A stretch of DNA of 32,000 nt from Cenarchaeum sp. (GTDB lineage: Archaea; Thermoproteota; Nitrososphaeria; Nitrososphaerales; Nitrosopumilaceae). The DNA is taken from NCBI GenBank assembly GCA_963692915.1, contig OY843584.1:531134-563133 (forward strand). Reading direction: 5' to 3'. The number at the start of each line of letters is the position of its first letter. Position 1 is the stretch's first letter. Below the pieces are notes generated by a model that was not told the DNA's origin, made no database searches, and was given only the letters and a program-made list of their open reading frames with translations. Below are positions 1 to 9,002 of this stretch, in pieces. Both the position numbers and the translations under genes were made by a program.

Positions 1-683
1 CATGTGGGCATGACGCCAGTAACAAACAGCGTGCCGGCCTCACGGCGCCACCTCTTTGGGCTTGATGCGTCCTTTACCGTTCGCGTTCTAGTGCTCAGGC
101 CGGCACGACGGAATGCCGCTGCCCACTCTGAGCGTGACAGCAGGTGCATCGTTATTCCCATCTCGCGTGCCCACCAGCGTGTTGCGTGGTTCTCGGCATA
201 AAAGTCAGTTCCGCATATGAGCGTCGCGCCGGGCGCCATGAGGCGCACAGTTGCGTCGATCGCCTCATCAACAGAGTCCGCATAGTATAGCGACTCCATG
301 GAGAACACAATGTCAAACCTCCCGCGATACTTCCAGGACTCGATGTCCGTGGAGACATAGCGTTCGGTGCGACGCTCGGCTAGGCGCCTGGCCTCGCGAA
401 TCATGCCCGGACTCTTGTCAATTCCCACGGCTGCCCTGCAGAGGGGGTTTTGGGCCATGCGCCTCACGAGCCAGCCGTTGCCGCACCCCACGTCAAGAAA
501 CCGAAACGGCCCTGTGGGGCGCACCGTGGCAAGGCGCACCTTGACGGCCTTGCCGTGCTCGCGCTCCATCTTTTCAGCCCTGCCGTTGGTGGCCCACATG
601 TCAAACGTCTTCTTTACGCTGCCGGCAGCCACTGCGTGGCGTCCTCCCAGCCCACTGCACTCACCAGAGATCCCCCTCTCCAT
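1..683 (-). CDS. Class I SAM-dependent methyltransferase (C-terminus runs off the left edge; absent from ORF track because no stop lies in the window)
   Basis: Own minus-strand translation from ATG 683: MERGISGECSGLGGRHAVAAGSVKKTFDMWATNGRAEKMEREHGKAVKVRLATVRPTGPFRFLDVGCGNGWLVRRMAQNPLCRAAVGIDKSPGMIREARRLAERR...IVFSMESLYYADSVDEAIDATVRLMAPGATLI... It carries motif I LDVGCGNG. An in-frame TAA lies just upstream of the ATG. The frame stays open to position 1. Confidence 0.8.
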   Translation of the reverse strand, partial: MERGISGECSGLGGRHAVAAGSVKKTFDMWATNGRAEKMEREHGKAVKVRLATVRPTGPFRFLDVGCGNGWLVRRMAQNPLCRAAVGIDKSPGMIREARRLAERRTERYVSTDIESWKYRGRFDIVFSMESLYYADSVDEAIDATVRLMAPGATLICGTDFYAENHATRWWAREMGITMHLLSRSEWAAAFRRAGLSTRTRTVKDASSPKRWRREAGTLFVTGVMPT

Positions 684-708
684 CTCCACGCGCAGGTGTG
701 GACTAGGG

Positions 709-715
709 TTTTATA
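709..715. promoter_or_regulatory. Shared bidirectional TATA element (TTTTATA / TATAAAA) between the divergent methyltransferase and ahcY-1
   Basis: It is the only A/T box in the 56-nt gap. Its centre (about 712) lies 29 nt from ATG 683 on the minus strand and 28 nt from TTG 740 on the plus strand. The same spacing is seen at about 15 other genes in this window. Confidence 0.5.
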
Positions 716-739
716 CCCACTTTCTGGCACTTGTGCGCG

Positions 740-1990
740 TTGGCTGCACGCGGGTACAAGGTTCGCAATATTGGGCTCGCCTCGCGCGGACGCCTCTCCT
801 ACGAGTGGGCGCGCGACCACATGGTCATACTCAACAACACTATGGCACGCCTGCGACGCACAAGGCCACTGCGCGGCGTGACTGTGGGATTCTGCCTTCA
901 CATCACAAAGGAGACTGCGGTTCTCCTTCTTGCGGCCCGCGAGCTTGGCGCCACCGTTGCCGCATGCGCGGGCAACCCAATGTCCACACAGGACGACATT
1001 GCGGCGTTCCTGGCCAAGAGCGGCATCCACATGTACGCGTGGACAAACCAGACGCAAAAAGAGTATGACTCGTGCATAGCGAGCGTGCTGTCGCACAAGC
1101 CGTCCATTCTAGTAGATGACGGGGCTGACATGAACGTCATGGCCCACTTTGATCGCCGTTTTGCAGACCTTGGAATACTTGGGGCCACCGAGGAGACGAC
1201 TGCCGGAGTCTCGCGCATTCGCGCAGTTGAAAAGGCAGGCCGCCTGCGCTATCCGGTGATAATAGTAAATGATGCGCACACAAAGCACCTATTTGACAAT
1301 AGGCACGGAACTGGCCAGTCAACAGTAGACGCGCTCCTCCGCTCGGCCAACCTCCTTGTGGCATCAAAGCTCGTCGTCGTGGCCGGATACGGGTGGGTCG
1401 GCCGCGGCGTTGCGGCGCGCTGCCGCGGCCTGGGCGCGCGCGTCATTGTCACGGAGACGGATCCCGTAAGGGCACTCGAGGCTCACATGGACGGCTACGA
1501 GGTGACGAGGATGGCAGATGCCGCTCGCAGGGGCGAGATCTTTGTCACGTGCACCGGACAGACTGGAATTATAACAAAAAAGCACATAGTGACGATGCGC
1601 GATGGTGCCATACTCGCAAACGTTGGCCACTTTGACGTCGAGATTGACACAAAGTTCCTCCTTCGCCCACAACACAAGGTTAGGGAGGTCAGGCCTGGCC
1701 TTGACGAGTGCACGATAGGCGCCAAACGGCGCATCTACCTTGTGGGCAAGGGCCGGCTCGCAAACCTCGTTGCCGCCGAGGGCCACCCGCCTGAGGTCAT
1801 GGCCCAGTCGTTCTCAAACCAGCTCCTCTCGATACTCCACATACTGAAAAACCACGAGTCAATGGAGCGCACGCTCCATCGCGTTCCCGAGGAGATTGAC
1901 GTGCAAGTCGCGCGTGATGCGCTTGCGGCCATGGGCGTAAAGATAGACAACCTGACGCGCGAGCAGTCAAACTACGCAAACTCGTGGTGA
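740..1990 (+). CDS. ahcY: S-adenosyl-L-homocysteine hydrolase, copy 1 (canonical-looking)
   Basis: ORF 731..1990. SAHH blocks present: FCLHITKET, NPMSTQDD, DDGADM, TEETTAGV, VNDAHTKHLFDNRHGTGQS, AGYGWVGRGVA (NAD site), VTETDPVRALEAHMDGYEV, NVGHFDVEID, NLVAAEGHPPEVM. The start is probably TTG 740 (TATA spacing); TTG 731 is the alternative. Confidence 0.9.
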   Translation: MAARGYKVRNIGLASRGRLSYEWARDHMVILNNTMARLRRTRPLRGVTVGFCLHITKETAVLLLAARELGATVAACAGNPMSTQDDIAAFLAKSGIHMYAWTNQTQKEYDSCIASVLSHKPSILVDDGADMNVMAHFDRRFADLGILGATEETTAGVSRIRAVEKAGRLRYPVIIVNDAHTKHLFDNRHGTGQSTVDALLRSANLLVASKLVVVAGYGWVGRGVAARCRGLGARVIVTETDPVRALEAHMDGYEVTRMADAARRGEIFVTCTGQTGIITKKHIVTMRDGAILANVGHFDVEIDTKFLLRPQHKVREVRPGLDECTIGAKRRIYLVGKGRLANLVAAEGHPPEVMAQSFSNQLLSILHILKNHESMERTLHRVPEEIDVQVARDALAAMGVKIDNLTREQSNYANSW

Positions 1991-3246
1991 CCGTGGCGCG
2001 TGCGGCCGCCTCGCACATTCGCGACGCGCGCATGGGGAGGCGTGGACGAGTTTTGCACGAGTGGGCAGCATCACGGATGGGTGCGCTGCGCTGCGCGTCA
2101 GGCTCGTTTGCGCGATCCATGCCGCTTGACGGCCTGACAGTCGCATTCTGCCTGCAGCTGACCGCCGAGACGTCTGTTCTCGTGAGCGAGGCGATGCGCC
2201 TGGGCGCGCACGTCGTGGCATGTGCGGGCAATCCGCACACCACAGATGACGCAATTGCCGCACACCTTGTCTCAGAGGGCGCAACTGTCCATGCATGGGC
2301 GGGCCAGAGCGCACGCGAATTTCGCGTGTGCATTGCGCGCACTATGGCCTCGTCTCCGGACATTGTCGTCGATGACGGTGGTGAGCTCTCTGCTCTTGCG
2401 CACATGCCGGGGCGCGCTCCGCCGAAAATGCTCGGCGGGACAGAAGAGACGACCACGGGCGTGCGCAGGATGCGCGCGCTCTTGCGCGCACGCCGGCTCC
2501 ATTACCCGATAATCGCAGTCAATGACTCTCGCACAAAGTCCACCTTTGACAACGCACATGGGACGGGACAGTCAGCAGTTGATGCGCTCATGCGCTCATG
2601 CGGCCTCCTCTTTGCGCAAAAAACCATAGTGGTTGCCGGATATGGCCCTGTTGGCCGCGGCGTTGCGGCGCGCTGCTCCGGCCTGGGCGCACGCGTTATA
2701 GTCACAGAGACTGACGTGCTTCGCGCACTCGAGGCACACCTTGATGGCCACGAGGTCACAAGGATGGTCGATGCGGCGCGCAAGGGGGACATGTTTGTCA
2801 CGTGCACCGGACAGCGTGGGGTCATCACCGCACGCCACGTCTCGCTCATGCGCGACGGCGCAGTCCTCGCAAACGTTGGGCACTTTGACGTGGAGATTGA
2901 TGTTGCGGCATTGCGTGCTGCTGCGCTGAGAACTAGGCGACCTAGGCCACACGTCGAGGAGCTCACAATGCGCAACGGCCGCCGCGTCAACATTGTGGCC
3001 GGCGGATATGTCGCAAACCTCGTTGCCGCCGAGGGCCACCCGCCTGAGATAATGGACATCTCCTTTGCAAACCAGCTCCGCTGCATCGCGCACCTTGCTC
3101 TGCACTCGGGCTCGATGGCGCCCGGCCTGCACGCAGTTCCTGCCGAGATTGACTCTCGCGTGGCCATGGACGCACTCGATGCCGCAGGCGTGCGCATGGA
3201 CACTCGTGCGCACGGTGGGGCTGAAGCTTTTAAGCGCGCTACGTGA
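1984..3246 (+). CDS. S-adenosylhomocysteine-hydrolase paralog, copy 2 (divergent active-site positions)
   Basis: 420-aa ORF overlapping the copy-1 stop by 7 nt (GTG 1984). It shares long blocks with copy 1: VVAGYGPVGRGVAARCSGLGARVIVTETD, ANVGHFDVEID, ANLVAAEGHPPEIM. It differs at CLQLTAET (copy 1 CLHITKET) and NPHTTDD (copy 1 NPMSTQDD). Confidence 0.85.
   Translation: MVTVARAAASHIRDARMGRRGRVLHEWAASRMGALRCASGSFARSMPLDGLTVAFCLQLTAETSVLVSEAMRLGAHVVACAGNPHTTDDAIAAHLVSEGATVHAWAGQSAREFRVCIARTMASSPDIVVDDGGELSALAHMPGRAPPKMLGGTEETTTGVRRMRALLRARRLHYPIIAVNDSRTKSTFDNAHGTGQSAVDALMRSCGLLFAQKTIVVAGYGPVGRGVAARCSGLGARVIVTETDVLRALEAHLDGHEVTRMVDAARKGDMFVTCTGQRGVITARHVSLMRDGAVLANVGHFDVEIDVAALRAAALRTRRPRPHVEELTMRNGRRVNIVAGGYVANLVAAEGHPPEIMDISFANQLRCIAHLALHSGSMAPGLHAVPAEIDSRVAMDALDAAGVRMDTRAHGGAEAFKRAT
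3226..3235 (+). promoter_or_regulatory. TATA-like box (GCTTTTAAGC) for leaderless metG, embedded in the 3' end of the ahcY paralog
   Basis: Centre lies about 27 nt upstream of ATG 3257. Confidence 0.4.
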
Positions 3247-3256
3247 CGGGCAGACC

Positions 3257-4915
3257 ATGGCAGATAGGGCCATACTCACAAGCGCTCTGCCGTATGCCAA
3301 CGGCGAGATACACCTTGGCCATATAGCCTCGACGTACCTGCCGGCTGACGTTACAACACGACATCTGCGGCAGCGCGGAGTCGAGGCATACTATGTGTGC
3401 GCGACTGATGACTATGGCACGCCAATACTGATCCAGTCCGAGCGCGAGGGCAAGACGCCGGCTGACTATGTTGCAGAATGGAACGCGCGCGATGCGGCCG
3501 ACTTTGCGTCCCTTGACATACGCTTTGATGCGTTCTCCTCAACGAGCAGCCCGTCATGCGCGGCGTTTGTGCGCGACGTCTATTCGCGGCTTCGCGAGGC
3601 CGGCCACATCTATGAAAAGGAGATCGTGCAGCTCTACTGTGACAAGGACTCGATGTTCCTGCCGGATCGCTATGTCCATGGAACGTGCCCGCACTGCATG
3701 GCGCCAGACCAGTACTCTGACCTGTGCGAGTCGTGCGGCAAGGTTCCTGACAATATCCTTGACCCAAAGTGCTCTATCTGCGGCATGACGCCCCAAAAGC
3801 GCTCAACGACCCACCATTTCTTTGCGCTGAGCCACTTTGCTGACTCGCTGCGCGAATGGCTAGAGGGTGCTGACGGCCTGCAGCGCGACGTTCGAAAGTA
3901 TGTCCTCGACTGGATATCGCAGGGTCTGTCTGACTGGGACATCACGCGCGACATATCATGGGGAGTGAGCATTCCGGGCGACGAAAAGCGCGTCTTTTAC
4001 GGATGGTTTGACAACCACCTTGCGTACATATCGGCCACGCTCTCGGCCCTGGAGGAGCGTGGCATCGACGGCAAGGAGTTCTGGAACTCGGCTGATCTCT
4101 ACCACTTTATAGGAAAAGATATCGTGTACCACCACTTTCTCTTTCTGCCCGCAGTCCGGATGGGCATTGGAGGCGAGTTCAAGCTTCCGGTTCACATGCC
4201 CGTTCGTGGACACCTCACGCTAGGCGGCAAAAAGATATCAAAGAGCCGCGGATGGTACATATCAATTCGGGACTTTTTGTCGAACTATCCGGCAGACTAT
4301 CTGCGGTTCTACCTCCTCCTTGCGACTCCCTACTCGCAGGATGACCTCAACTTTGACTGGGACGACTTTGCGCTCCGCATAAACAAGGAGCTGGTCGGCA
4401 ACATCGGCAACTTTGTCCACCGTACGCTCTCGTTTACGGGCAAGTCATTTGACGGGCGCGTGCCGCAGCCTGACTCCGAGTCTGAAGCAGACGTGTCTGC
4501 GCGCCGTCAGATCGAGGGGCTAGCTGCCAGGGTCGGCGAGCTTGTCAGTGCCGGCCACCTTGATCGCGCGCTCAAGGAGATACTGGCATTCTCTGCGCAC
4601 TTTAACCAGTACTTTCAGCACTGTGAGCCCTGGAAGGGCGGTCCGGGCGCGCCGACCTGCCTGCATCTGTCGGCAAATGCGGTACGAAGCCTCGCCATTG
4701 CATTGTGCGCGTTCATGCCGTCCTCTGCGCAGCGCATGTGGGAGCAGCTCGGGGAGAAGGGCAGCGTTTCAGAACAGAAATGGGAATCAGCCTCCGAGAT
4801 CTCCCTTGGTGCAGGACACGCGATAGGCACCCCCAGCGCGCTCTTTGCAAAGGTTGATGCCACCGAGATTGATGGCCTAAAGGCATCTCTTGTAGGCAAC
4901 GCACACCCTGCGTGA
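3257..4915 (+). CDS. metG: Methionyl-tRNA synthetase
   Basis: The ORF track starts at 3065, but the conserved N-terminus begins at in-frame ATG 3257 (MADRAILTSALPYANGEIHLGHI, HIGH motif HLGH). Zinc knuckle CPHCMAPDQYSDLCESCG...CSICG. KMSKS-type motif KISKSRG. Confidence 0.93.
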   Translation: MADRAILTSALPYANGEIHLGHIASTYLPADVTTRHLRQRGVEAYYVCATDDYGTPILIQSEREGKTPADYVAEWNARDAADFASLDIRFDAFSSTSSPSCAAFVRDVYSRLREAGHIYEKEIVQLYCDKDSMFLPDRYVHGTCPHCMAPDQYSDLCESCGKVPDNILDPKCSICGMTPQKRSTTHHFFALSHFADSLREWLEGADGLQRDVRKYVLDWISQGLSDWDITRDISWGVSIPGDEKRVFYGWFDNHLAYISATLSALEERGIDGKEFWNSADLYHFIGKDIVYHHFLFLPAVRMGIGGEFKLPVHMPVRGHLTLGGKKISKSRGWYISIRDFLSNYPADYLRFYLLLATPYSQDDLNFDWDDFALRINKELVGNIGNFVHRTLSFTGKSFDGRVPQPDSESEADVSARRQIEGLAARVGELVSAGHLDRALKEILAFSAHFNQYFQHCEPWKGGPGAPTCLHLSANAVRSLAIALCAFMPSSAQRMWEQLGEKGSVSEQKWESASEISLGAGHAIGTPSALFAKVDATEIDGLKASLVGNAHPA

Positions 4916-5194
4916 GGAGCCGCATATGTGGTGTGACTGTGCCATGTTGTGGCATGGCAGCCGTGGTTTTCAAGAACCCGTTTGTAAAGAATAACACAGT
5001 TGTCTTGTACACACATCGTGTGCCCATCTGCAGCCCATACGAGGTTTGAGCACTCAATGGGTTCAATGCATGTGTCAGGTCGTCTGTGTGACGCACTTGA
5101 CATATTGCCCAACTCACCTGTGTGTGGGCTGTATCTGGCGCATCATGCCTCATCACAAAGGTACATAAGCTGACTCTGGGGAACCGCGCGTGAC

Positions 5195-5665
5195 GTGATA
5201 TCTCCAGGAGACGCGCTGCCTGACTTTGAGCTCGCCGATGCCGACGGCAACACATTCTCGTCAGCCGACCTTGCGGGCAAGAAATGCGCGATCTATTTCT
5301 ATCCAAAAGACTTTACGCCAGGCTGCACGACACAGGCCGACGAGTTTACGCGTGAGCACGCAAAATTCAAAAAGGCCGGCATAGTCATAGTGGGAATAAG
5401 CCCTGATGACGAAACGTCGCACAAGAAATTCTGCGCAAAGATGGGCATACCATACACGCTCCTTGCTGACACTGGCCACAAGGTCGCCGGCATGTTTGGC
5501 GTGTGGGGCAAGAAAAAGTTCATGGGGCGCGAGTACATGGGAGTCAACAGGACAACGTTCCTTGTTGGTGCCGATGGGGTGGTTCTTGACGTCCTCCAAA
5601 AGGTAAAGCCGGCTGGTCATGCAGAGCACGTCCTGGGTCTGTTTGCCGCCAAGCGCACACGTTAG
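5195..5665 (+). CDS. bcp: Peroxiredoxin, BCP/PrxQ type
   Basis: 156 aa with a GTG start. Motif FYPKDFTPGCTTQ holds the peroxidatic Cys and shows typical thioredoxin-fold AhpC/TSA spacing. Confidence 0.9.
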   Translation: MISPGDALPDFELADADGNTFSSADLAGKKCAIYFYPKDFTPGCTTQADEFTREHAKFKKAGIVIVGISPDDETSHKKFCAKMGIPYTLLADTGHKVAGMFGVWGKKKFMGREYMGVNRTTFLVGADGVVLDVLQKVKPAGHAEHVLGLFAAKRTR

Positions 5666-5733
5666 CGATCCACGATCGATCATGCCTGAGCGCAACAGCT
5701 CAAGTTTTATGTGCGCAAGCCGGCCTCTTGCGC

Positions 5734-6111
5734 GTGGACGACTTTGAGCGCGAGTATCCGGGGTTTGACTGGAGGAACACGCCGGCGTATCGGCATCCTG
5801 GCGGCAAGGACTGTCCTTGCCCAAAGCACGAGTACATACGGGAGCAGATGCGGCACGCCGAGATGCTCAACGCGTCTGGCGAGCGCGGCGAGCGCGTCAC
5901 GCTAAAGTTTTGCCCTGATCACCATGACGTCTACTTTAATGAGGTTATCCCGTCCATGCCATTCAAGTTTCGCATGCTCACAAAGATTGCGCTAAAGGTT
6001 GGGGCGATCAACGTCGTAAAGCTAGGGCACATGCAGTCAGACCTGTGCTTTTACTGCCGGTTTGGCTCTGGCGGCCACGGCAAAAAGAGCGAGCTCCCGC
6101 CAGTGTCCTGA
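5734..6111 (+). CDS. Hypothetical Cys/His-rich small protein
   Basis: ORF 5728..6111. A TATA-like GTTTTATG (5704-5711) is 27 nt before GTG 5734. Cys/His clusters CPCPKH, CPDHH and CFYC suggest metal binding. No family recognised. Confidence 0.5.
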   Translation: MDDFEREYPGFDWRNTPAYRHPGGKDCPCPKHEYIREQMRHAEMLNASGERGERVTLKFCPDHHDVYFNEVIPSMPFKFRMLTKIALKVGAINVVKLGHMQSDLCFYCRFGSGGHGKKSELPPVS

Positions 6112-6214
6112 ACAGCCCGTCATCTGCGCTCCCTGCGCACATGCGAAACCCGTCAAGATTGAGGCGTGCGCGCGTTAGGCTTATACCGACGCGTGCGGTG
6201 GCCACGGCGTGGCA

Positions 6215-7663
6215 ATGGACAGTCTGGGCGACTTTGTCGACGCACTCGAGCGCGACGGCGAGCTGCGGCGCGTTAGCACCGAGGTGAGCACCGACCTTGA
6301 GATTGCCGAGATACTGCGACGCGTGACCTATGCGCACGGCCCGGCAGTGCTCTTTGAGAACGTTGCCGGAGGCGACATTCCGGTTCTTGGCAACGCGTTT
6401 GGCTCCATGCGCCGCTTGGAGATTGGACTCGGCACGGCTGACTTTGAGGGAATTGGCTCGCGCATTGCGGATCTTGCGCGCATGGAGGTGCCATCTGGCA
6501 TGCTCGGCAAGATCAAAAAGCTTCCAGAGCTCTCGCGCATGGGAGACGCGTTTCCAAAGGAGGTAAAGTCAGGCCCTGTCACCGAGATCGCCGGCGAGGG
6601 CTCATTGGCAGGCCTGCCGATCCTAAAGACGTGGCCCCACGATGCGGGACACTTTGTCACGTTTGGCCTCGTCGCGACAAAGCACCCTGACACGGGCACG
6701 TACAATCTTGGAGTCTATAGGATGCAGGTAGTCGATGACACGCACGCAATAATGCACTGGCAGCGCCACAAGCGCGGCGCACAGCACCACGAGGAGGCCG
6801 TCTCGCGCGGCCAGAGAACAGAGGCCGCAGTGATCATCGGCGCGGATCCCGCGACGGTGTTCTCTGCAGTGGCCCCTGTTCCTGAAGGCCTTGACAAGTA
6901 CCTCTTTGCCGGAATTGTCCGCAAGTCCGGAATTCGAACCGTTCGCTGCAGGACAGTCGACATTAACGTGCCGGCTACTGCCGAGATCGTCCTGGAGGGA
7001 TATGTCGACTCTGCTGACATGCGCGATGAGGGTCCCTTTGGCGACCACACGGGCTATTATACGCCAGTTGGCCGCTATCCGACATTCACAATCACCGGAA
7101 TGATGCGCCGCAAGCGGCCACTCTACCTTACGACCGTTGTGGGCAAGCCTGTCCTCGAGGACGCGTACATTGGCAAGGCCATAGAGCGCTCATTCCTGCC
7201 GCTCCTGCGCATGATGCAGCCCGAGATAGTCGACTTTGCGATGCCACCGGCCGGATGGTTTCACGGACTCGCCGTCGCCTCGATCAAAAAGCGCTACCCC
7301 GGCCAGGCCAAAAAGGTGATGATGGGACTCTGGGGCATGGGCCAGCTCTCTCTCACAAAGACCATAGTCGTCGTAGATGATGACATTGACGTCCATGACG
7401 TCAATGACGTCATGTGGGCAGTCACAACGCGCGCAGACCCAGCGCGTGACACGCTCATAGTGGACAATGCGCCAACTGACACGTTGGATCCCGCCTCTCC
7501 GCGCCCAAACCACGGCTCAAAGATGGGCATTGACGCGACGACAAAGACTCGCGAGGAGGGGCACATGCGTGAGGAGCAGGTTCAAGTTGCCGTCGACGAG
7601 CAGACGCGCTCGCTTGTCGAGTCTAGATGGGCAGCCTATGGGCTCGGCACGACTGGCGCGTAA
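6215..7663 (+). CDS. UbiD-family (prenyl-FMN dependent) decarboxylase
   Basis: N-terminus MDSLGDFVDALERDGELRRVSTEVSTDLEIAEILRRV plus full-length UbiD-like sequence (HWQRHKRG, GPFGDHTGYY). Start is ATG 6215, or GTG 6209 as in the ORF track. TATA-like CTTATAC at 6180-6186. Confidence 0.88.
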   Translation: MDSLGDFVDALERDGELRRVSTEVSTDLEIAEILRRVTYAHGPAVLFENVAGGDIPVLGNAFGSMRRLEIGLGTADFEGIGSRIADLARMEVPSGMLGKIKKLPELSRMGDAFPKEVKSGPVTEIAGEGSLAGLPILKTWPHDAGHFVTFGLVATKHPDTGTYNLGVYRMQVVDDTHAIMHWQRHKRGAQHHEEAVSRGQRTEAAVIIGADPATVFSAVAPVPEGLDKYLFAGIVRKSGIRTVRCRTVDINVPATAEIVLEGYVDSADMRDEGPFGDHTGYYTPVGRYPTFTITGMMRRKRPLYLTTVVGKPVLEDAYIGKAIERSFLPLLRMMQPEIVDFAMPPAGWFHGLAVASIKKRYPGQAKKVMMGLWGMGQLSLTKTIVVVDDDIDVHDVNDVMWAVTTRADPARDTLIVDNAPTDTLDPASPRPNHGSKMGIDATTKTREEGHMREEQVQVAVDEQTRSLVESRWAAYGLGTTGA

Positions 7664-8754
7664 AAGTTGTCGCGCTCGACGGGCTCATAGCCTATCTGGC
7701 GCACGGATGCCTCTATTGCCTCGCCGCTGAGCTCCGTCGAGCGAGAGCCCGTGCACGAGACGACCTCCTCGCCAATGAGCGTGCCGCCAAAGTCGTCTGC
7801 GCCGTACTCTAGGGCAAGCTGCGCCATGCCGACGCCGTTTGTGAGCCATGACGACTGGAGATGCGGTATGATCGAGTCAAAGATAATCCGCGATATGGCG
7901 ATCATCTTTAGCAGGCGCGCGCCACCGGCGCCGTGTGTGACGGTTCCCTCTTCGGCAAGCTGCGTGTTGTTTGGCTCAAAGTTCCACGGTATGAACGCCA
8001 TGAACCCGCGCGTCTTCTCCTGCAGTCTCGCTATGCGCTCAATATGCTCGGCAATCTCGCCGGGCTCCTCGACGTGGCCGTACATCATGCTAGCCGAGGC
8101 CGGCATTCCGAGGTCGTGGCACTCCTCCATTATGCGAATCCACTCCGAGCTCGTTATCTTTTTTGGGCTGATTATGTCCCTCACGCGGTCAGTGAGTATC
8201 TCGGCTCCGGCTCCGGGCATGGACTGCATGCCTGAGTCCTTTAGCCTCGAGAGAACCTCTCGCGTGGATGACTTTGACACGCGCGCTATCATGTCTATCT
8301 CTGAGGCAGACAGCGCATGAACGCCAACCTTTGGGAACTCTGCGCGCATCATCGAGAAGGCCTCCTCATAGTACTCGATCGGCAGATTGGGGTTGTGACC
8401 ACCCTGTATGAGAACCTGCCTTATGCCAAATGCCTCCCACGCCGTCTTTACGCGTGCCCTGATCTGGTCTAGCGTGAGCGTGTATGCCTCATCATCGCCG
8501 GGAGGCCTGTAGAACGCGCAGAACTTGCAGTCCGTGACGCAGACGTTGGTATAGTTGAGTATGATATTGTTGACGTATGTCACCTTCTTTCCAAAGCGCC
8601 TGCGCACAAGGTGGTTTGCCACCATGCCCATCAGCTCCGACTCGTCTGACTCTAGGAGCCTAAGGCAGTCCTCGCGCGATGGCCGCGCGCCGGCGATCGC
8701 CGACTCGAGAATGTCGCCAATGTCAGAGCTGACCTGCTCCACAAGCTGCCTCAA
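7636..8754 (-). CDS. Radical SAM enzyme of the CofH / MqnC / MqnE family
   Basis: CxxxCxxC cluster NYTNVCVTDCKFCAFY, then QGGHNP and GADDFGGTLIGEEV. The ORF track extends to 8958, but a TATA box (rc of 8778-8786, TTAAATATA) sits 28 nt upstream of in-frame TTG 8754. That start gives the family-typical N-terminus ...DILESAIAGARPSREDCLRLLES. The 3' end overlaps the convergent UbiD gene by 28 nt. Confidence 0.8.
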   Translation of the reverse strand: MRQLVEQVSSDIGDILESAIAGARPSREDCLRLLESDESELMGMVANHLVRRRFGKKVTYVNNIILNYTNVCVTDCKFCAFYRPPGDDEAYTLTLDQIRARVKTAWEAFGIRQVLIQGGHNPNLPIEYYEEAFSMMRAEFPKVGVHALSASEIDMIARVSKSSTREVLSRLKDSGMQSMPGAGAEILTDRVRDIISPKKITSSEWIRIMEECHDLGMPASASMMYGHVEEPGEIAEHIERIARLQEKTRGFMAFIPWNFEPNNTQLAEEGTVTHGAGGARLLKMIAISRIIFDSIIPHLQSSWLTNGVGMAQLALEYGADDFGGTLIGEEVVSCTGSRSTELSGEAIEASVRQIGYEPVERDNFYAPVVPSP

Positions 8755-9002
8755 TGACGCGATTGGGGCATCGCCTCTATATTTAATCTTGGGAGGCTGC
8801 ACGTGGACTGCTGGCGCACGGTCTGGCGATCGGCGGCCTGCGAGCCTGCAGGCGGTTCCAGATGGTACGTTCAGGGCATGCGGCAACGGCCGGCATTGCG
8901 CAGCAGACGGGCAATGGGGTAAGATTTGGCAGGCGCGATGGTCTCGTTTGCGGCCCACGGCCCCACACCTGCTTTATTACCCGATGGCGCCATCGCCGTG
9001 CG

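Noticed and set aside
2502-3203. Long antisense ORFs inside well-supported genes (for example 2502..3203-, 2596..3300-, 1797..2456-, 10133..10780-, 12649..13182-, 16131..16835-, 6623..7048-, 7751..8320+)
   Set aside because: These are typical stop-poor antisense frames of high-GC coding DNA. Their compositions are low-complexity (Arg/Ala/Ser/Pro) and the opposite strand carries strong family motifs.
3065-3256. N-terminal extensions proposed by the ORF track: metG from 3065, and likewise 8862-9002, 8755-8958, 10194-10217, 12227-12274, 18411-18557, 22454-22756, 27272-27310 and 30042-30218
   Set aside because: The extensions are Arg/Ala/Pro-rich with no family similarity and often overlap the upstream gene or the tRNA. 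A properly spaced TATA box supports the downstream start in each case.
5045-5165. C/D-box sRNA on the minus strand (GUGAUGA at the rc of about 5150, CUGA about 75 nt downstream)
   Set aside because: The spacing is too long for an archaeal C/D sRNA. No credible C'/D' boxes and no terminal stem complementarity were found.
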